This document shows, one piece after another, positions 39,444 through 52,345 of a DNA stretch of 64,000 nt. The position numbers and the translations under genes were made by a program. Numbering within the stretch: the stretch's first letter is position 1; each line of letters opens with the position of its first letter. This DNA comes from Ranitomeya imitator (taxonomy: Eukaryota), in assembly GCF_032444005.1 (NCBI RefSeq), contig NC_091286.1, positions 18,414,001 to 18,478,000 of the forward strand, written 5' to 3'. A model generated the notes under the pieces. It was not told the origin of the DNA. It made no database searches and saw only the letters and a program-made list of their open reading frames with translations.

Positions 39444-41499
39444 AAATCGTTCCCGATTTAAAAAAAAAAAAAAACAAGCATGTGAAAGTTCTGACGGACA
39501 GCATGACGGAAGTATCATTTCGGAGACACCAGGGAGGTCCCAGACACAGAGAGCTACAAGATTTAGCACACAAAATATTTCTATGGGCAGAGAATACGGT
39601 TCTTTCCATAACAGCGGTGCACCTGGAAGGATCACAAAACGTCTTGGCCGACTATCTAAGCAGAAGAGAAATCTGTTCGACAGAGTGGGAACTAAATCAG
39701 GAAGTTTTCCAACTATTGTGCCACCATTGGGGAACTCCCAGAATAGATTTGTTTGCCACAAGGAAAAATTCAAAGGTGCCCAGATTTTATTCTCTGAATC
39801 CTTCAGACATGCCAGAAGCAGTCGACGCCCTAAGCCAGACATGGGACGAACCTCTCTCCTACGCCTTTCCCCCGATAGCTGTTATTCCGGTGTTACTCAG
39901 AAAAAGCCAGGAAGACAAAGCAAGAGTCTTGTTAATTGTTCCATTCTGGCCGAAAAGAAGCTGGTTCCCGGTGCTGGGATCCATGGCTTTAGAGAACCCA
40001 ATCAAGCTTCCTCTGTGGAAGGACATCATCCATCAGGGTCCGGTCTTACATCAGAACCCGGGAAGATTACACCTCTCAGCATGGATCCTGAAAGGGACAT
40101 CTTGAAAGTCCAAGGTTTATCGGATCCAGTCATTTCCACTATACAAGCTAGTAGGAAACCAGTGACTTTAGCGATCTACAAGATCTGGAAAAACTACTGC
40201 ATGGAGGGTGGCAGGTCCACCGTTGTAGCAGAGATCCCTGATGTCCCTAGAGTCCTGGATTTTCTTCAGGCAGGGTTCAACATGGGTCTTGGGCCTAGTA
40301 CCCTTAAGGTACAGATTTCGGCCCTCAGCACTTACTTGAACTCCCCTTTGGCCTCTCACCCTTGGGTAATTAGGTTTGTTAAAGCCATCCAGAGATTGCG
40401 CCCCACTATTAGGCAGTTGTCTCCCCTCAGGGACTTAAACGTAGTCTTTAGGGCTCTTTGTAAAGAGCCTTTTACCCTTGATGAAAATATGCCCATCTCT
40501 TTTCGCACCTGGAAGACAGCCTTCCTAGTGGCCATTACAACAGCTAAGAGTGGGGGAGATTCAGGCTCTATCTATTAGAGACCCGTACCTACAGATCCGC
40601 GATGACCACATAATTTTAAGGCTAGACCCATCTTTTATCCCAAAGATAGCATCAGTGCAAAATCGGAACCAGGAAATAATTTTACCCTCCTTTTTTCGAA
40701 AACGCCTCAAATGCAAAGGAGCAGTCTTTACATTCCTTGGATGTTAGACGAGCTGTAATAGATTATCTAGAGGCCACTGGTACCTGGAGGAAGGAACCTA
40801 ATCTATCCTTTTTGCGGGTAAAAATAGGGGTAAAAAAGCTTCCAAAGCATCTATAGCTAGATGATCACAACAGTAATTTCTAAAGCCTATTCATCTGAAG
40901 GGGTAGACTGCCCAGTAGGGATAAAAGCGCATTCTACTAGGGCCATGTCAGCATCATGGGCTGAACGTGCAGGAGCCTCATTAGAACAGATATGCAAAGC
41001 CGTGACCTGGGGCATTGTGAATACATTCTGTAAACATTATAAACTTGATGTGGTAGCAGGTCAGCAAACGTCATTTCTGAGAATGGTTCTCCAAGCAGTA
41101 ATCCCACCCTAAGGGAGTTTTCTTTGGTATTCTCCAGGGTGCTGTCAGGGGGACGTCCTGGAAAATGGGTATTAGATCTACCAGTAATTCTGTTTCCAGG
41201 AGTCCATCCTGACAGCACCGTTACTTCCCCCCCCCCGTGTATACTATTTCATATGCTGTAATATGATTTGGTTAATTAAAAGAATTCAAATTGCATCTAT
41301 CCATGGTGTGGTACTTGTCCAAACACTAAAGGAAAGGGGGCGGAGTGGGACCTTTTAATCTCTCGTGTGTTGTTTCCTGTCCCTGCAAGGAGGATGAGGA
41401 TGTCCTCCAGGGTGTTGTCAGGATGGACTCCTGGAAACCGAATTACCAGTAGGTCTAATACCCATTATCATGTAATATTCAATCCTCACAACCGCCCGA

Positions 41500-42072
41500 G
41501 CTGCCGCCGCGTCGCCAACCGCCCGAGCTGCTGCCTCACCAACGATCCAGCGATGTGTTCACTGGTAACCAAGGTAAACATCGGGTTACTAAGCGCAGGG
41601 CCGCGCTTAGTAACCCGATGTTTACCCTGGTTACCATTGTAAAAGTAAAAAAAAAAAAAAAAACACTACATACTTACATTCCAGTGTCTGTCCCCCGGCA
41701 TCAGCTTCCCTGTACTGTCAGCGCCGGCCAACCATCACGTCACCGCTGTGCTCTGCTTTACGGCCGGCCGACGCTGACCCAGTGCAGGGAAGCTGACGCC
41801 GGGAGACAGACACCGGAATGTAAGTATGTACTGTTTTTTTTTTTTTTTTTTTTTTTACTTCTACAATGGTAACCAGGGTAAACATCGGGTTACTAAGCGC
41901 GGCCCTGCGCTTAGTAACCCGATGTTTACCCTGGTTACCGGCATCGTTGGTCACTGGAGAGCTGTCTGTGTGACAGCTCTCCAGCGACCACACAACGACC
42001 TAAACAGCGACGCTGCAGCGATCGGCATCGTTGTCTATATCGCTGCAGCGTCGCTAAATGTGACGGTACCTT
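41500..42072. mobile_element. Partial MITE with two ~74-bp internal palindromes
   Basis: GGTAACCAxGGTAAACATCGGGTTACTAAGCGC...GCGCTTAGTAACCCGATGTTTACCCTGGTTACC at ~41563-41636 and ~41867-41938; Harbinger-like end TGTGACGGTACC. Confidence 0.7.
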
Positions 42073-42893
42073 TAGAAAGGGGTTGAGCAATGGAGTAGGC
42101 AGGGCAGAGGGGAGAGGATCCTGCTGCAGCCAGTTGGGACATTGCTGAGCGAAGACTGAGGGGATTTCTTTATATCCTTCTCAGTTTTTATTGTAATTTG
42201 GAACTAAATGGGGATGAAAAAATGCAGAGACTGAGGGGGAATCACTGGGGTATTGCTGATGCGCCTTGCTGCCCACCTGATTGTCTTCATGTCCATAATT
42301 ATCCCCGGGAGCGTAGACGCCGAGTTCCCCTTCTGTCCTTTTGCTCGTTAGTGGCAGCAGAGGAGGGTGTGAAGAAGAGGCATATTTATGGCTCTCTGCT
42401 TTGCTTTTGATTTCCCCGTGCATCCATTGCACTTTACGATTCACTTCTTGGTGAGTGATGTGTTTTCCCAATCTCTGAGCAATTAACATGTCAGAATGTG
42501 ACGAGGAGATTACAGCCGGATATTTTGGGGCTTTATGATATGTAGCCGCACAGCATTTGTAGGTGCAATTAGAGCGGAGGATGATTGAAGCCAGATTAAT
42601 TGGTCCAGTAAGCGCCACACACAATTTGTGTTGCAGGGTGACGTGGCCACCAGGGGGCTCCCTCGTCATGTTTACTAGTGTGGATCTGGAGTTCTGCAGC
42701 ATTTAGTTTTTTAGGTTTTCTTCATTTTTACTGACATTTCACATGTCAATTTTTTTTTCTTCCTAATGTAAAATTTTGTGCCGGAAATATATGGAAAAAA
42801 TTACTTCTGGGTATTCCCGTTGCTTATGTGACTCTACAAACAGTTGATTCCTATATTTTCAGGAGGAATAACAGAGGAACGGCACAGTTCTAA

Positions 42894-45608
42894 CATAGTA
42901 ACATAGTTAGTAAGGCCGAAAAAAGACATTTGTCCATCCAGTTCAGCCTATATTCCATCATAATAAGTACCCAGATCTATGTCCTTCTACAGAACCTAAT
43001 AATTGTATGATACAATATTGTTCTGCTCCAGGAAGACATCCAGGCCTCTCTTGAACCCCTCGACTGAGTTCGCCATCACCACCTCCTCAGGCAAGCAATT
43101 CCAGATTCTCACTGCCCTAACAGTAAAGAATCCTCTTCTATGTTGGTGGAAAAACCTTCTCTCCTCCAGACACAAAGAATGCCCCCTTGTGCCCGTCACC
43201 TTCCTTGGTATAAACAGATCCTCAGCGAGATATTTGTATTGTCCCCTTATATACTTATACATGGTTATTAGATCGCCCCTCAGTCGTCTTTTTTCTAGAC
43301 TAAATAATCCTAATTTCGCTAATCTATCTGGGTATTGTAGTTCTCCCATCCCCTTTATTAATTTTGTTGCCCTCCTTTGTACTCTCTCTAGTTCCATTAT
43401 ATCCTTCCTGAGCACCGGTGCCCAAAACTGGACACAGTACTCCATGTGCGGTCTAACTAGGGATTTGTACAGAGGCAGTATAATGCTCTCATCATGTGTA
43501 TCCAGACCTCTTTTAATGCACCCCATGATCCTGTTTGCCTTGGCAGCTGCTGCCTGGCACTGGCTGCTCCAGGTAAGTTTATCATTAACTAGGATCCCCA
43601 AGTCCTTCTCCCTGTCAGACTTACCCAGTGGTTTCCCGTTCAGTGTGTAATGGTGATATTGATTCCCTCTTCCCATGTGTATAACCTTACATTTATCATT
43701 GTTAAACCTCATCTGCCACCTTTCAGCCCAAGTTTCCAACTTATCCAGATCCATCTGTAGCAGAATACTATCTTCTCTTGTATTAACTGCTTTACATAGT
43801 TTTGTATCATCTGCAAATATCGATATTTTACTGTGTAAACCTTCTACCAGATCATTAATGAATATGTTGAAGAGAACAGGTCCCAATACTGACCCCTGCG
43901 GTACCCCACTGGTCACAGTAACCCAGTTAGAGACTATACCATTTATAACCACCCTCTGCTTTCTATCACTAAGCCAGTTACTAACCCATTTACACACATT
44001 TTCCCCCAGACCAAGCATTCTCATTTTGTGTACCAACCTCTTGTGCGGCACGGTATCAAACGCTTTGGAAAAATCGAGATATACCACGTCCAATGACTCA
44101 CCGTGGTCCAGTCTATAGCTTACCTCTTCATAAAAACTGATTAGATTGGTTTGACAGGAGCGATTTCTCATAAACCCATGCTGATATGGAGTTAAACAGT
44201 TATTCTCATTGAGATAATCCAGAATAACATCCCTCAGAAACCCTTCAAATATTTTACCAACAATAGAGGTTAGACTTACTGGCCTATAATTTCCAGGTTC
44301 ACTTTTAGAGCCCTTTTTGAATATTGGCACCACATTTGCTATGCGCCAGTCCTGCGGAACAGACCCTGTCGCTATAGAGTCACTAAAAATAAGAAATAAT
44401 GGTTTATCTATTACATTACTTAGTTCTCTTAGTACTCGTGGGTGTATGCCATCCGGACCCGGAGATTTATCTATTTTAATCTTATTTAGCCGGTTTCGCA
44501 CCTCTTCTTGGGTTAGATTGGTGACCCTTAATATAGGGTTTTCATTGTTTCTTGGGATTTCACCTAGCATTTCATTTTCCACCGTGAATACCGTGGAGAA
44601 GAAGGTGTTTAATATGTTCGCTTTTTCCTCGTCATCTACAACCATTCTTTCCTCACTATTTTTTAAGGGGCCTACATTTTCAGTTTTTATTCTTTTACTA
44701 TTGATATAGTTGAAGAACAGTTTGGGATTAGTTTTACTCTCCTTAGCAATGTGCTTCTCTGTTTCCTTTTTGGCAGCTTTAATTAGTTTTTTAGATAAAG
44801 TATTTTTCTCCCTATAGTTTTTTAGAGCTTCAATGGTGCCATCCTGCTTTAGTAGTGCAAATGCTTTCTTTTTACTGTTAATTGCCTGTCTTACTTCTTT
44901 GTTTAGCCACATTGGGTTTTTCCTATTTCTAGTCCTTTTATTCCCACAAGGTATAAACCGCTTACACTGCCTATTTAGGATGTTCTTAAACATTTCCCAT
45001 TTATTATCTGTATTCTTATTTCTGAGGATATTGTCCCAGTCTACCAGATTAAGGGCATCTCTAAGCTGTTCAAACTTTGCCTTCCTAAAGTTCAATGTTT
45101 TTGTGACTCCCTGACAAGTCCCCCTAGTGAAAGACAGGTGAAACTGCACAATATTGTGGTCGCTATTTCCTAAATGCCCGACCACCTGCAGATTTGTTAT
45201 TCTGTCAGGTCTATTAGATAGTATTAGGTCTAAAAGTGCTGCTCCTCTGGTTGGATTCTGCACCAATTGTGAAAGATAATTTTTCTTGGTTATTAGCAGA
45301 AACCTGTTGCCTTTATGGGTTTCACAGGTTTCTGTTTCCCAGTTAATATCCGGGTAGTTAAAGTCCCCCATAACCAGGACCTCATTATGGGTTGCAGCTT
45401 CATCTATCTGCTTTAGAAGTAGACTTTCCATGCTTTCTGTTATATTTGGGGGTTTGTAACAGACCCCAATGAGAATTTTGTTACCATTTTTCCCTCCATG
45501 AATTTCAACCCATATGGACTCGACATCCTCATTCCCTTCGCTAATATCCTCCCTTAAAGTGGACTTTAGACAAGACTTTACATAGAGACAAACCCCTCCT
45601 CCTCTCCT
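42894..45608 (-). mobile_element. CR1-clade LINE, 5'-truncated within the endonuclease, with intact RT frame
   Basis: ORF 42996..45431 (GDFNYPDINW, LDLIL, PQGSVLGP, FADD) stays open up to the GGGVCLYV motif near 45600; TTACTATG tail; 8-bp TSD AGTTCTAA (42886-42893, 45609-45616). Confidence 0.96.
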
Positions 45609-48600
45609 AGTTCTAATAAAATATGCTGCAGAAACGTCCTGTTTAAAACAACCCTTTTACTCCTCCTCCCACCAAAGCATTTATCCCCGTTTATATATTG
45701 CAATCATTATATTATACAGCATCGTAGACTTACAATTGCTCATTTTTCCTTTCTACCCAGATAATTCTTCTTTTCTCTGCTCTATGTGGAAACAGGAAGT
45801 CTCTGGTGCCTTGTAGAAATCATTCCCCACTTCACCTCCTGACCCAGCTGCTGCCTTCTCCCCCTGCTGCCAAGGACTTTTGCAGTGACTTATGATTCGT
45901 GCAGGGAAAATTGACCTCCTGTTTCTACATAGAGCGTAGAAGGATTCAGCTCGTCAGTTTTTAATGACGTGATATCATAGACCTAATGGAAAAAAAGAAT
46001 TAGAAGGAGAAGAAAGGTAAAATGTACAATTGTAAGTGCACAGTGCTGTGTAATATGATTGCAGTATATTAAGATGATAAAAACCGGGATAGGAGGAGGA
46101 GAAACGCTTCTTTAAAGGGGCGTCCTGTCTACGACACTTGTCTACATAATTCCAGCTGTGACCGGAGGAACATAGAGGTGGCGGTACACGCACGGGTCTG
46201 TAGGGCGTGTGCATCCTGGCAGGTATGTGTAGACGCGATGTCACCAGTGACCCTCGCCTCACGATTCCGGCCAACCCCATTAACATATAACGAAGCATCT
46301 GTGTCTCATTTTGCTACATGGGTTTATTCAGCTTTAATAACCCCGACCTCGATAATACGACCAATTGACAGCTCTGGTCCCTCCATATGTGCGATGGCGG
46401 CACAGCCCGTACTTTCCATATGGCTCCGATTTCTCCTTCTACCAAACAATCAGCGGCTGGCGCTGTGCAGCCGGTGCCAGCTGTCCTTGTTTTCTGGGAC
46501 AATGGGGGTAGCAGGGTGTAATTACCCGCTGGGAAACGAACGCCGCTCACTTCTTATAATAAGTCAATTTTTCCGTTTTCTTTATCTGCTACTGGATTTT
46601 AATTGTTTTCTTAATCTTCAGAAATCTTCTCGGTGGTGATAAAAGGCGGGTTTACGCTACATAAGTCCCTAAAAGGCTAAAAAGACAAAGATATAAACAT
46701 AATTTTTATTTATTTTTCATTGTATTTTTTTTCCTCCCTTTTTCAAAGTGGTAGAACTTTTTTTTTATTTTTTCATTTTTCCGTCCCCATCGCCACACGA
46801 GGGCTTCTTATCTCTTGCAGGACGAGTTGGCGTTTTGATTGGCTCCATTCATTTTTACCATACTATGTACTGAAAAACAGGGGAAAACAAAATGAGTGAG
46901 GTGAAATGGCGAAGAAAACGCAAAAAAATTCCATGATTGTTTTTGCATCATTTAATAAACTGTAAAAATAACCTGGTGACATGATTTTAGAGGTCACTAC
47001 TAGGGTTGAGCGAAACGGGTCGAACATTTTCAAAAGTCGCCGACTTTTGGCGAAGTCGAGTTTCATGAAACCCGATCCGACCCCTGTGCGTGGTCGGCCA
47101 TGCGGTACGCGACTTTCGCGCCAAAGTCGCGTTTCAATTACGCGAAAAGCGCCATTTCTCAGCCAATGAAGGTAAACGCAGAGTGTGGGCAGCGTGATGA
47201 CATAGGTCCTGGTCCCCACCATCTTAGAGAAGGGCATTGCAGTGATTGGCTTGCTGTCCGCGGCGTCACAGGGGCTATAAAGGGGCGTTCCCGCCGACCG
47301 CTATGTTACTGCTGCTGATCTGAGCTTAGGGAGAGGTTGCTGCCGCTTCATCAGAAGCAGGGATAGCATTAGGCAGGGTCCATTAACCACCAAACCGCTT
47401 GTGCTGTAGCGATTTCCACTGCCCAACACCACCTTCGGTGTGCAGGGACAGTGGAAGCTACATTTTTTTTTTTTTTCCTCAGCGCTGTAGCTCATTGGGC
47501 TGCCCTAGAAGGCTCCCTGATAGCTGCATTGCTGTGTGTACGCCGCTGTGCAAACCAACTGCTTTTTTCAAAGCACAAATCCTCTTGTTCCTTCCTTTCT
47601 GCACAGCTATCTTTTTGGTTTGTACACACTTTTTATTTAATTTGTGCATCAGTCCACTCCTTATTGCTGCCTGCCATACCTGGCTGAGATTACTGCAGGG
47701 AGATAGTAATTGAAGGACCGTTCCTTTTTTTTTTTTTTTTTGTGGGAGATTAAGATTGACATTTCTGCTAGAGTGCCATCTCTGTCTGTGTCATCTCTCA
47801 CTCAGTGGGCCATAGAAAGCCTATTTATTTTTTTGCTTGATTTGGGTTCCAAAATCTACCAGAAAAAATCACAACATCAATCAGTGGGAGAAAAATATTG
47901 GCCTCAGGGCTTGTGTGCCACTCCTTACTCCTGTGTGTGCCATCTCTCACTCAGTGGGCCATAGAAAGCCTATTAATTTTTTTGCTTGATTTGGGTTCTA
48001 AATTCTACCTGAAAAAATCAATAAATCAATCAGTGGGAGATTAATATTGGCCTTTGGGCTTGTGTGCCAGTCCTAAGCGTGCCATCTCTCTCTCTCAGAT
48101 AGTGGGCCATAGAAAGCCTATTTATTATTATTTTTTTTATTGGGTTTATAAATTTTCCCTGGAACAAAAAAAAAAATGGGAGATTAATATTGGCCTCTGG
48201 GCTTGTGTGCCAGTCCTGAGCGTGCCATCTCTCTCACAAATAGTGGGCCATAGAAAGCCTATTAATTTTTTTGCTTGATTTGGGTTCCAAAATCTACCAA
48301 AAAAAAATCACTAAATCAATCAGTGGGAGATTAATATTGGCCTCTGGGCTTGTGTGCCACTCCTGACTCCTGTGTGCGTCATCCGTCACTCAGTGGGCCC
48401 TAGAAAGCCTATTTTTTGTTTTATTTGTTTTCTAAATTCTCCCTGAAACAATCATTTTATTTTCTTTGGTTTCTAAATTATTCCTGAAAAAAATCATTTT
48501 TTTTTAATTTTTTTTTTTTCTGAAGTCTCCCTTTTAAAAAAAACAAACACAAATCAGTGGGAGATAAATATTTACATTTGCGCTTCAGTGACAGTCCTGC

Positions 48601-48775
48601 GTGTGTGCCATCTCATTTGTTGCCAACAACAACAGAGTGTGTAACATTGTGGCTGATTTTCGTTGTGGTCTCACCCACCTGTAAAGGGGTAGCTAAATCA
48701 TACTGAAGTTATAGCTCACCGTGTAAGTTGTGTGACAGCAACAAATACCGTTCGTTTGTTAACGTTTTTAAAACA

Positions 48776-51700
48776 ATGAGGAAGTCTGGTGGAAGAGGTC
48801 GTGGCCGGGGGCGTTCATTGTCAGCTGGTAATGAGGGTAGTGGTAGTGGTGGAGCATCAGCTGGTCGTGGGAAAAAAAATATTGCACCTAAGTCTGGAGC
48901 TATGGAGCCAGGTTCGTCGTCTGGCTACACAAGGCCTCGAACGCTCCCTTTTCTGGGAGTAGGAAAACCGCTTTTAAAGCCGGAGCAGCAAGAGCAAGTT
49001 TTGGCTTATCTTGCTGACTCAGCCTCTAGCTCTTTTGCCTCCTCTCGTGAAACTGGTAAATGTCAAAGCAGCGCGTCGTTAGTGGATGTTCACGGTCAGG
49101 GACAAGTCGCTTCCTTGTCCTCTTCAGCAAAAACAACAACAGAGAAGAATGCAGCAGGCGACACAACGGGTTACTCCATGGAGCTCTTTACACATACCGT
49201 CCCTGGCTTAGAAAGTGAAGCAGTTAACAGTCCATGCCCATTACAAGTTGAATCTGACATGGAGTGCACTGATGCACAGCCACAGCCAGACTACTATCCT
49301 GGTCCTTTGACTCAGACCACAACATTGCCATCGCAGGGTGCTGATCAAGAATCAGACCCTGATGAGACTATGTTGCCCCATCAAGAACGCTATACCACCG
49401 ACCGACACGGTGACACAGACGAAGTTGCACACGAGCTACAAGAAGAGGTAATAGATGACCCAGTTCTTGACCCCGATTGGCAGCCATTGGGGGAACAGGG
49501 TGCAGGCGGCAGCAGTTCTGAAGCGGAGGAGGAGGGGCCGCAGCAGGCATCAACATCGCAACAGGTTCCATCTGCCGGGCCCGTATCTTGCCCAAAATGC
49601 GTGGCAAAGCTAAAACCTGTTGGAGGACAGCGTGGCCATCCGGTTAAAGCTCAGTCTGCAATGCCTGAAAAGGTATCCGATGCTAGAAAGAGTGCAGTCT
49701 GGCATTTTTTTAAACAACATCCAATTGATCAGCGCAAAGTCATCTGTCAAAAATGTTCAACTACCTTAAGCAGAGGACAGAATCTGAAAAGTCTCAATAC
49801 AAGTTGCATGCATAGACATTTAACCACCATGCATTTGCAAGCCTGGACTAACTACCAAACGTCCCTTAAGGTTGTAGCACCCTCGGCCAATGAAGCTAGT
49901 CAGCAACGCAACATCCCTTCCGGCAGTGTAGGGCCACCATTTTCCGCACCACCTGCAGTATCTGTGCAGGTTTCTTTGCCAGGCCAAAGCCGTCAGGGTC
50001 AGGGAATCACCAGTTTCATAGTAGGAAACACTGCATCTAGGGCACCGGTGGCAACAATACCATCTCCCACCGTCTCTCAGTCTGCCATGTCCACCGGCAC
50101 CCCCGCTAGTTCCACGATCTCCAGCTCTCCAGTCCAGCTCACCCTACATGAGACTATGGTTAGAAAAAGGAAGTACTTAGCCTCGCATCCGCGTACACAG
50201 GGTTTGAACGCACACATAGCTAGACTAATCTCGTTAGAGATGATGCCCTACCGGTTAGTTGAAAGCGAAGCTTTCAAAGCCCTGATGGACTACGCTGTAC
50301 CACGCTACGAGCTACCCAGTCGACACTTTTTTTCCAGAAAAGCCATCCCAGCCCTCCACCAGCATGTTAAAGAGCGCATCGTCCATGCACTCAGGCAATC
50401 TGTGAGCACAAAGGTGCACCTGACAACAGATGCATGGACCAGTAGGCATGGCCAGGGACGTTACGTGTCCATCACGGCACACTGGGTGAATGTGGTGGAT
50501 GCAGGGTCCACAGGGGACAGCAAGTTTGGGACAGTTCTGCCTAGCCCACGGTCTAGGAAACAGTTGGCTGTAGCCGTTCGCACCCCCTCCTCCTCCTCTT
50601 CGTCCTCCTGCAGAAGCGAGAGCTCGTCCACAGACCGCAGTCGCACAACCACTCCATCCGCAGCTGCCACTGTTGCACACCAGGTCTCCCATTATGGGGC
50701 AGCTACTGGCAAACGTCAGCAGGCTGTATTGGCTATGAAGTGTTTGGGCGACAACAGACACACCGCGGAAGTTCTGTCCGAGTTCTTGCAGAAAGAAACG
50801 CAGTCGTGGCTGGGCACTGTAGATCTTGAGGCAGGCAAGGTAGTGAGTGATAACGGAAGGAATTTCATGGCTGCCATCTCCCTTTACCAACTGAAACACA
50901 TTCCTTGCCTGGCTCACACCTTAAACCTGGTGGTGCAGTGCTTCCTGAAAAGTTATCCGGGGTTATCCGACCTGCTCCTCAAAGTGCGTGGACTTTGCTC
51001 ACATATCCGCCGTTCGCCCGTACACTCCAGCCGTATGCAGACCTATCAGCGTTCTTTGAACCTTCCCCAGCATCGCCTAATCATAGACGTTGCAACAAGG
51101 TGGAACTCAACACTGCACATGCTTCAGAGACTGTGTGAACAGAGGCGGGCTGTTATGTTTTTGTGGGAGGATACACATACACGGGCAGGCAGTAGGATGG
51201 CAGACATGGAGTTGTCAGGTGTGCAGTGGTCGAAGATTCAAGACATGTGTCAAGTCCTTCAGTGTTTTGAGGAATGCACACGGCTGGTTAGTGCAGACAA
51301 CGCCATAATAAGCATGAGCATCCCCCTAATGCGTCTGCTGATGCAAAGTTTGACGCACATAAAGGATCAGGCGTCTGCAGCTGAGGAAGAGGAAAGCCTT
51401 GATGACAGTCAGCCATTGTCTGGCCAGGGCAGTGTACAGGACGAGGTAGCGGGCGAAGAGGAGGAGGAGGACGAGGAGGATGATGGGGATGATTATATTT
51501 TTAATGAGGAAGCTTTTCCGGGGCCACTGGAAATTGGTGGCGCGGCAAGGCCGGGTTCTGGTTTTTTGAGGGACACAAGTGACGTGGATTTGCCTGAAAC
51601 TGCCCCTCAACCAAGCACAACCGCAGATTTGAGAACTGGAACTTTGGCCCACATGGCGGATTATGCCTTACGTATCCTCAAAAGGGACACACGCATAACT

Positions 51701-52345
51701 AAAATGATGAATGATGACGATTACTGGTTGGCCTGCCTCCTTGATCCTCGTTATAAAGGCAAATTGCAAAATATAATGCCACATGAGAACTTGGAACTAA
51801 TATTAGCAACCAAACAATCAACTCTTGTTGACCGTTTGCTTCTGGCATTCCCTGCACACAGCGCCCGTGATCGTTCTCACACGAGCTGCAGGGGCCAGCA
51901 GACCAGAGGAGTTAGAGGGGCAGAAATCAGAAGTGGCGTTGGCCAGAGGGGTTTTCTGACCAGGTTGTGGAGTGATTTTGCTATGACCGCAGACAGGACA
52001 GGTACTGCAGCATCAATTCAAAGTGACAGGAGACAACATTTGTCCAGTATGGTTACAAACTATTTTTCATCCCTTATCGATGTTCTCCCTCAACCGTCAT
52101 TCCCATTTGATTACTGGGCATCAAAATTAGACACCTGGCCAGAATTGGCAGAATATGCATTGCAGGAGCTTGCTTGCCCGGCAGCTAGTGTCCTATCAGA
52201 AAGAGTATTCAGTGCTGCAGGTTCAATACTAACAGAAAAAAGGACTCGTCTGGCTACCCAAAATGTAGATGATCTAACCTTCATTAAAATGAACCACAAC
52301 TGGATTTCGAAATCTTTTGCCCCACCTTGCCCGGCCGACACCTAG
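48776..52345 (+). CDS. hAT transposase (BED zinc finger, DDE core, C-terminal dimerisation domain; ZBED-like)
   Basis: Uninterrupted ORF of 1189 aa from the first ATG: AVWHFF...CQKC...HLTTMH (BED), TTDAWTS, VSDNG, CLAH, RWNST, FDYW...SERVFS. Confidence 0.93.
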   Translation: MRKSGGRGRGRGRSLSAGNEGSGSGGASAGRGKKNIAPKSGAMEPGSSSGYTRPRTLPFLGVGKPLLKPEQQEQVLAYLADSASSSFASSRETGKCQSSASLVDVHGQGQVASLSSSAKTTTEKNAAGDTTGYSMELFTHTVPGLESEAVNSPCPLQVESDMECTDAQPQPDYYPGPLTQTTTLPSQGADQESDPDETMLPHQERYTTDRHGDTDEVAHELQEEVIDDPVLDPDWQPLGEQGAGGSSSEAEEEGPQQASTSQQVPSAGPVSCPKCVAKLKPVGGQRGHPVKAQSAMPEKVSDARKSAVWHFFKQHPIDQRKVICQKCSTTLSRGQNLKSLNTSCMHRHLTTMHLQAWTNYQTSLKVVAPSANEASQQRNIPSGSVGPPFSAPPAVSVQVSLPGQSRQGQGITSFIVGNTASRAPVATIPSPTVSQSAMSTGTPASSTISSSPVQLTLHETMVRKRKYLASHPRTQGLNAHIARLISLEMMPYRLVESEAFKALMDYAVPRYELPSRHFFSRKAIPALHQHVKERIVHALRQSVSTKVHLTTDAWTSRHGQGRYVSITAHWVNVVDAGSTGDSKFGTVLPSPRSRKQLAVAVRTPSSSSSSSCRSESSSTDRSRTTTPSAAATVAHQVSHYGAATGKRQQAVLAMKCLGDNRHTAEVLSEFLQKETQSWLGTVDLEAGKVVSDNGRNFMAAISLYQLKHIPCLAHTLNLVVQCFLKSYPGLSDLLLKVRGLCSHIRRSPVHSSRMQTYQRSLNLPQHRLIIDVATRWNSTLHMLQRLCEQRRAVMFLWEDTHTRAGSRMADMELSGVQWSKIQDMCQVLQCFEECTRLVSADNAIISMSIPLMRLLMQSLTHIKDQASAAEEEESLDDSQPLSGQGSVQDEVAGEEEEEDEEDDGDDYIFNEEAFPGPLEIGGAARPGSGFLRDTSDVDLPETAPQPSTTADLRTGTLAHMADYALRILKRDTRITKMMNDDDYWLACLLDPRYKGKLQNIMPHENLELILATKQSTLVDRLLLAFPAHSARDRSHTSCRGQQTRGVRGAEIRSGVGQRGFLTRLWSDFAMTADRTGTAASIQSDRRQHLSSMVTNYFSSLIDVLPQPSFPFDYWASKLDTWPELAEYALQELACPAASVLSERVFSAAGSILTEKRTRLATQNVDDLTFIKMNHNWISKSFAPPCPADT

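Larger units (their letters stand above)
34228..41466 (+). mobile_element. Full-length but decayed DIRS1-type tyrosine-recombinase retrotransposon
   Basis: Left ITR ~34228-34343 is inverted relative to right ITR ~41321-41466. The ICR at 41132-41219 is complementary to both outer ends. Coding remnants: gag-like ORF1 with CxxC...CxxC, RT (CTLDLKSAY; MDNFLL as decayed YLDD), RNase H (NFREL...DS), methyltransferase-like domain (YAFPP), tyrosine recombinase (HSTR...FCKHY). Multiple frameshifts. Confidence 0.95.

Noticed and set aside
39482-40105. Methyltransferase-like ORF as a captured gene
   Set aside because: A methyltransferase-like domain after RNase H is a normal part of DIRS1 elements.
3639-44709. 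Plus-strand ORFs antisense to CR1 (3639..4286, 4311..4775, 43003..43650, 43675..44118, 44317..44709)
   Set aside because: Shadow frames of the CR1 RT; duplicated only because the element is duplicated.
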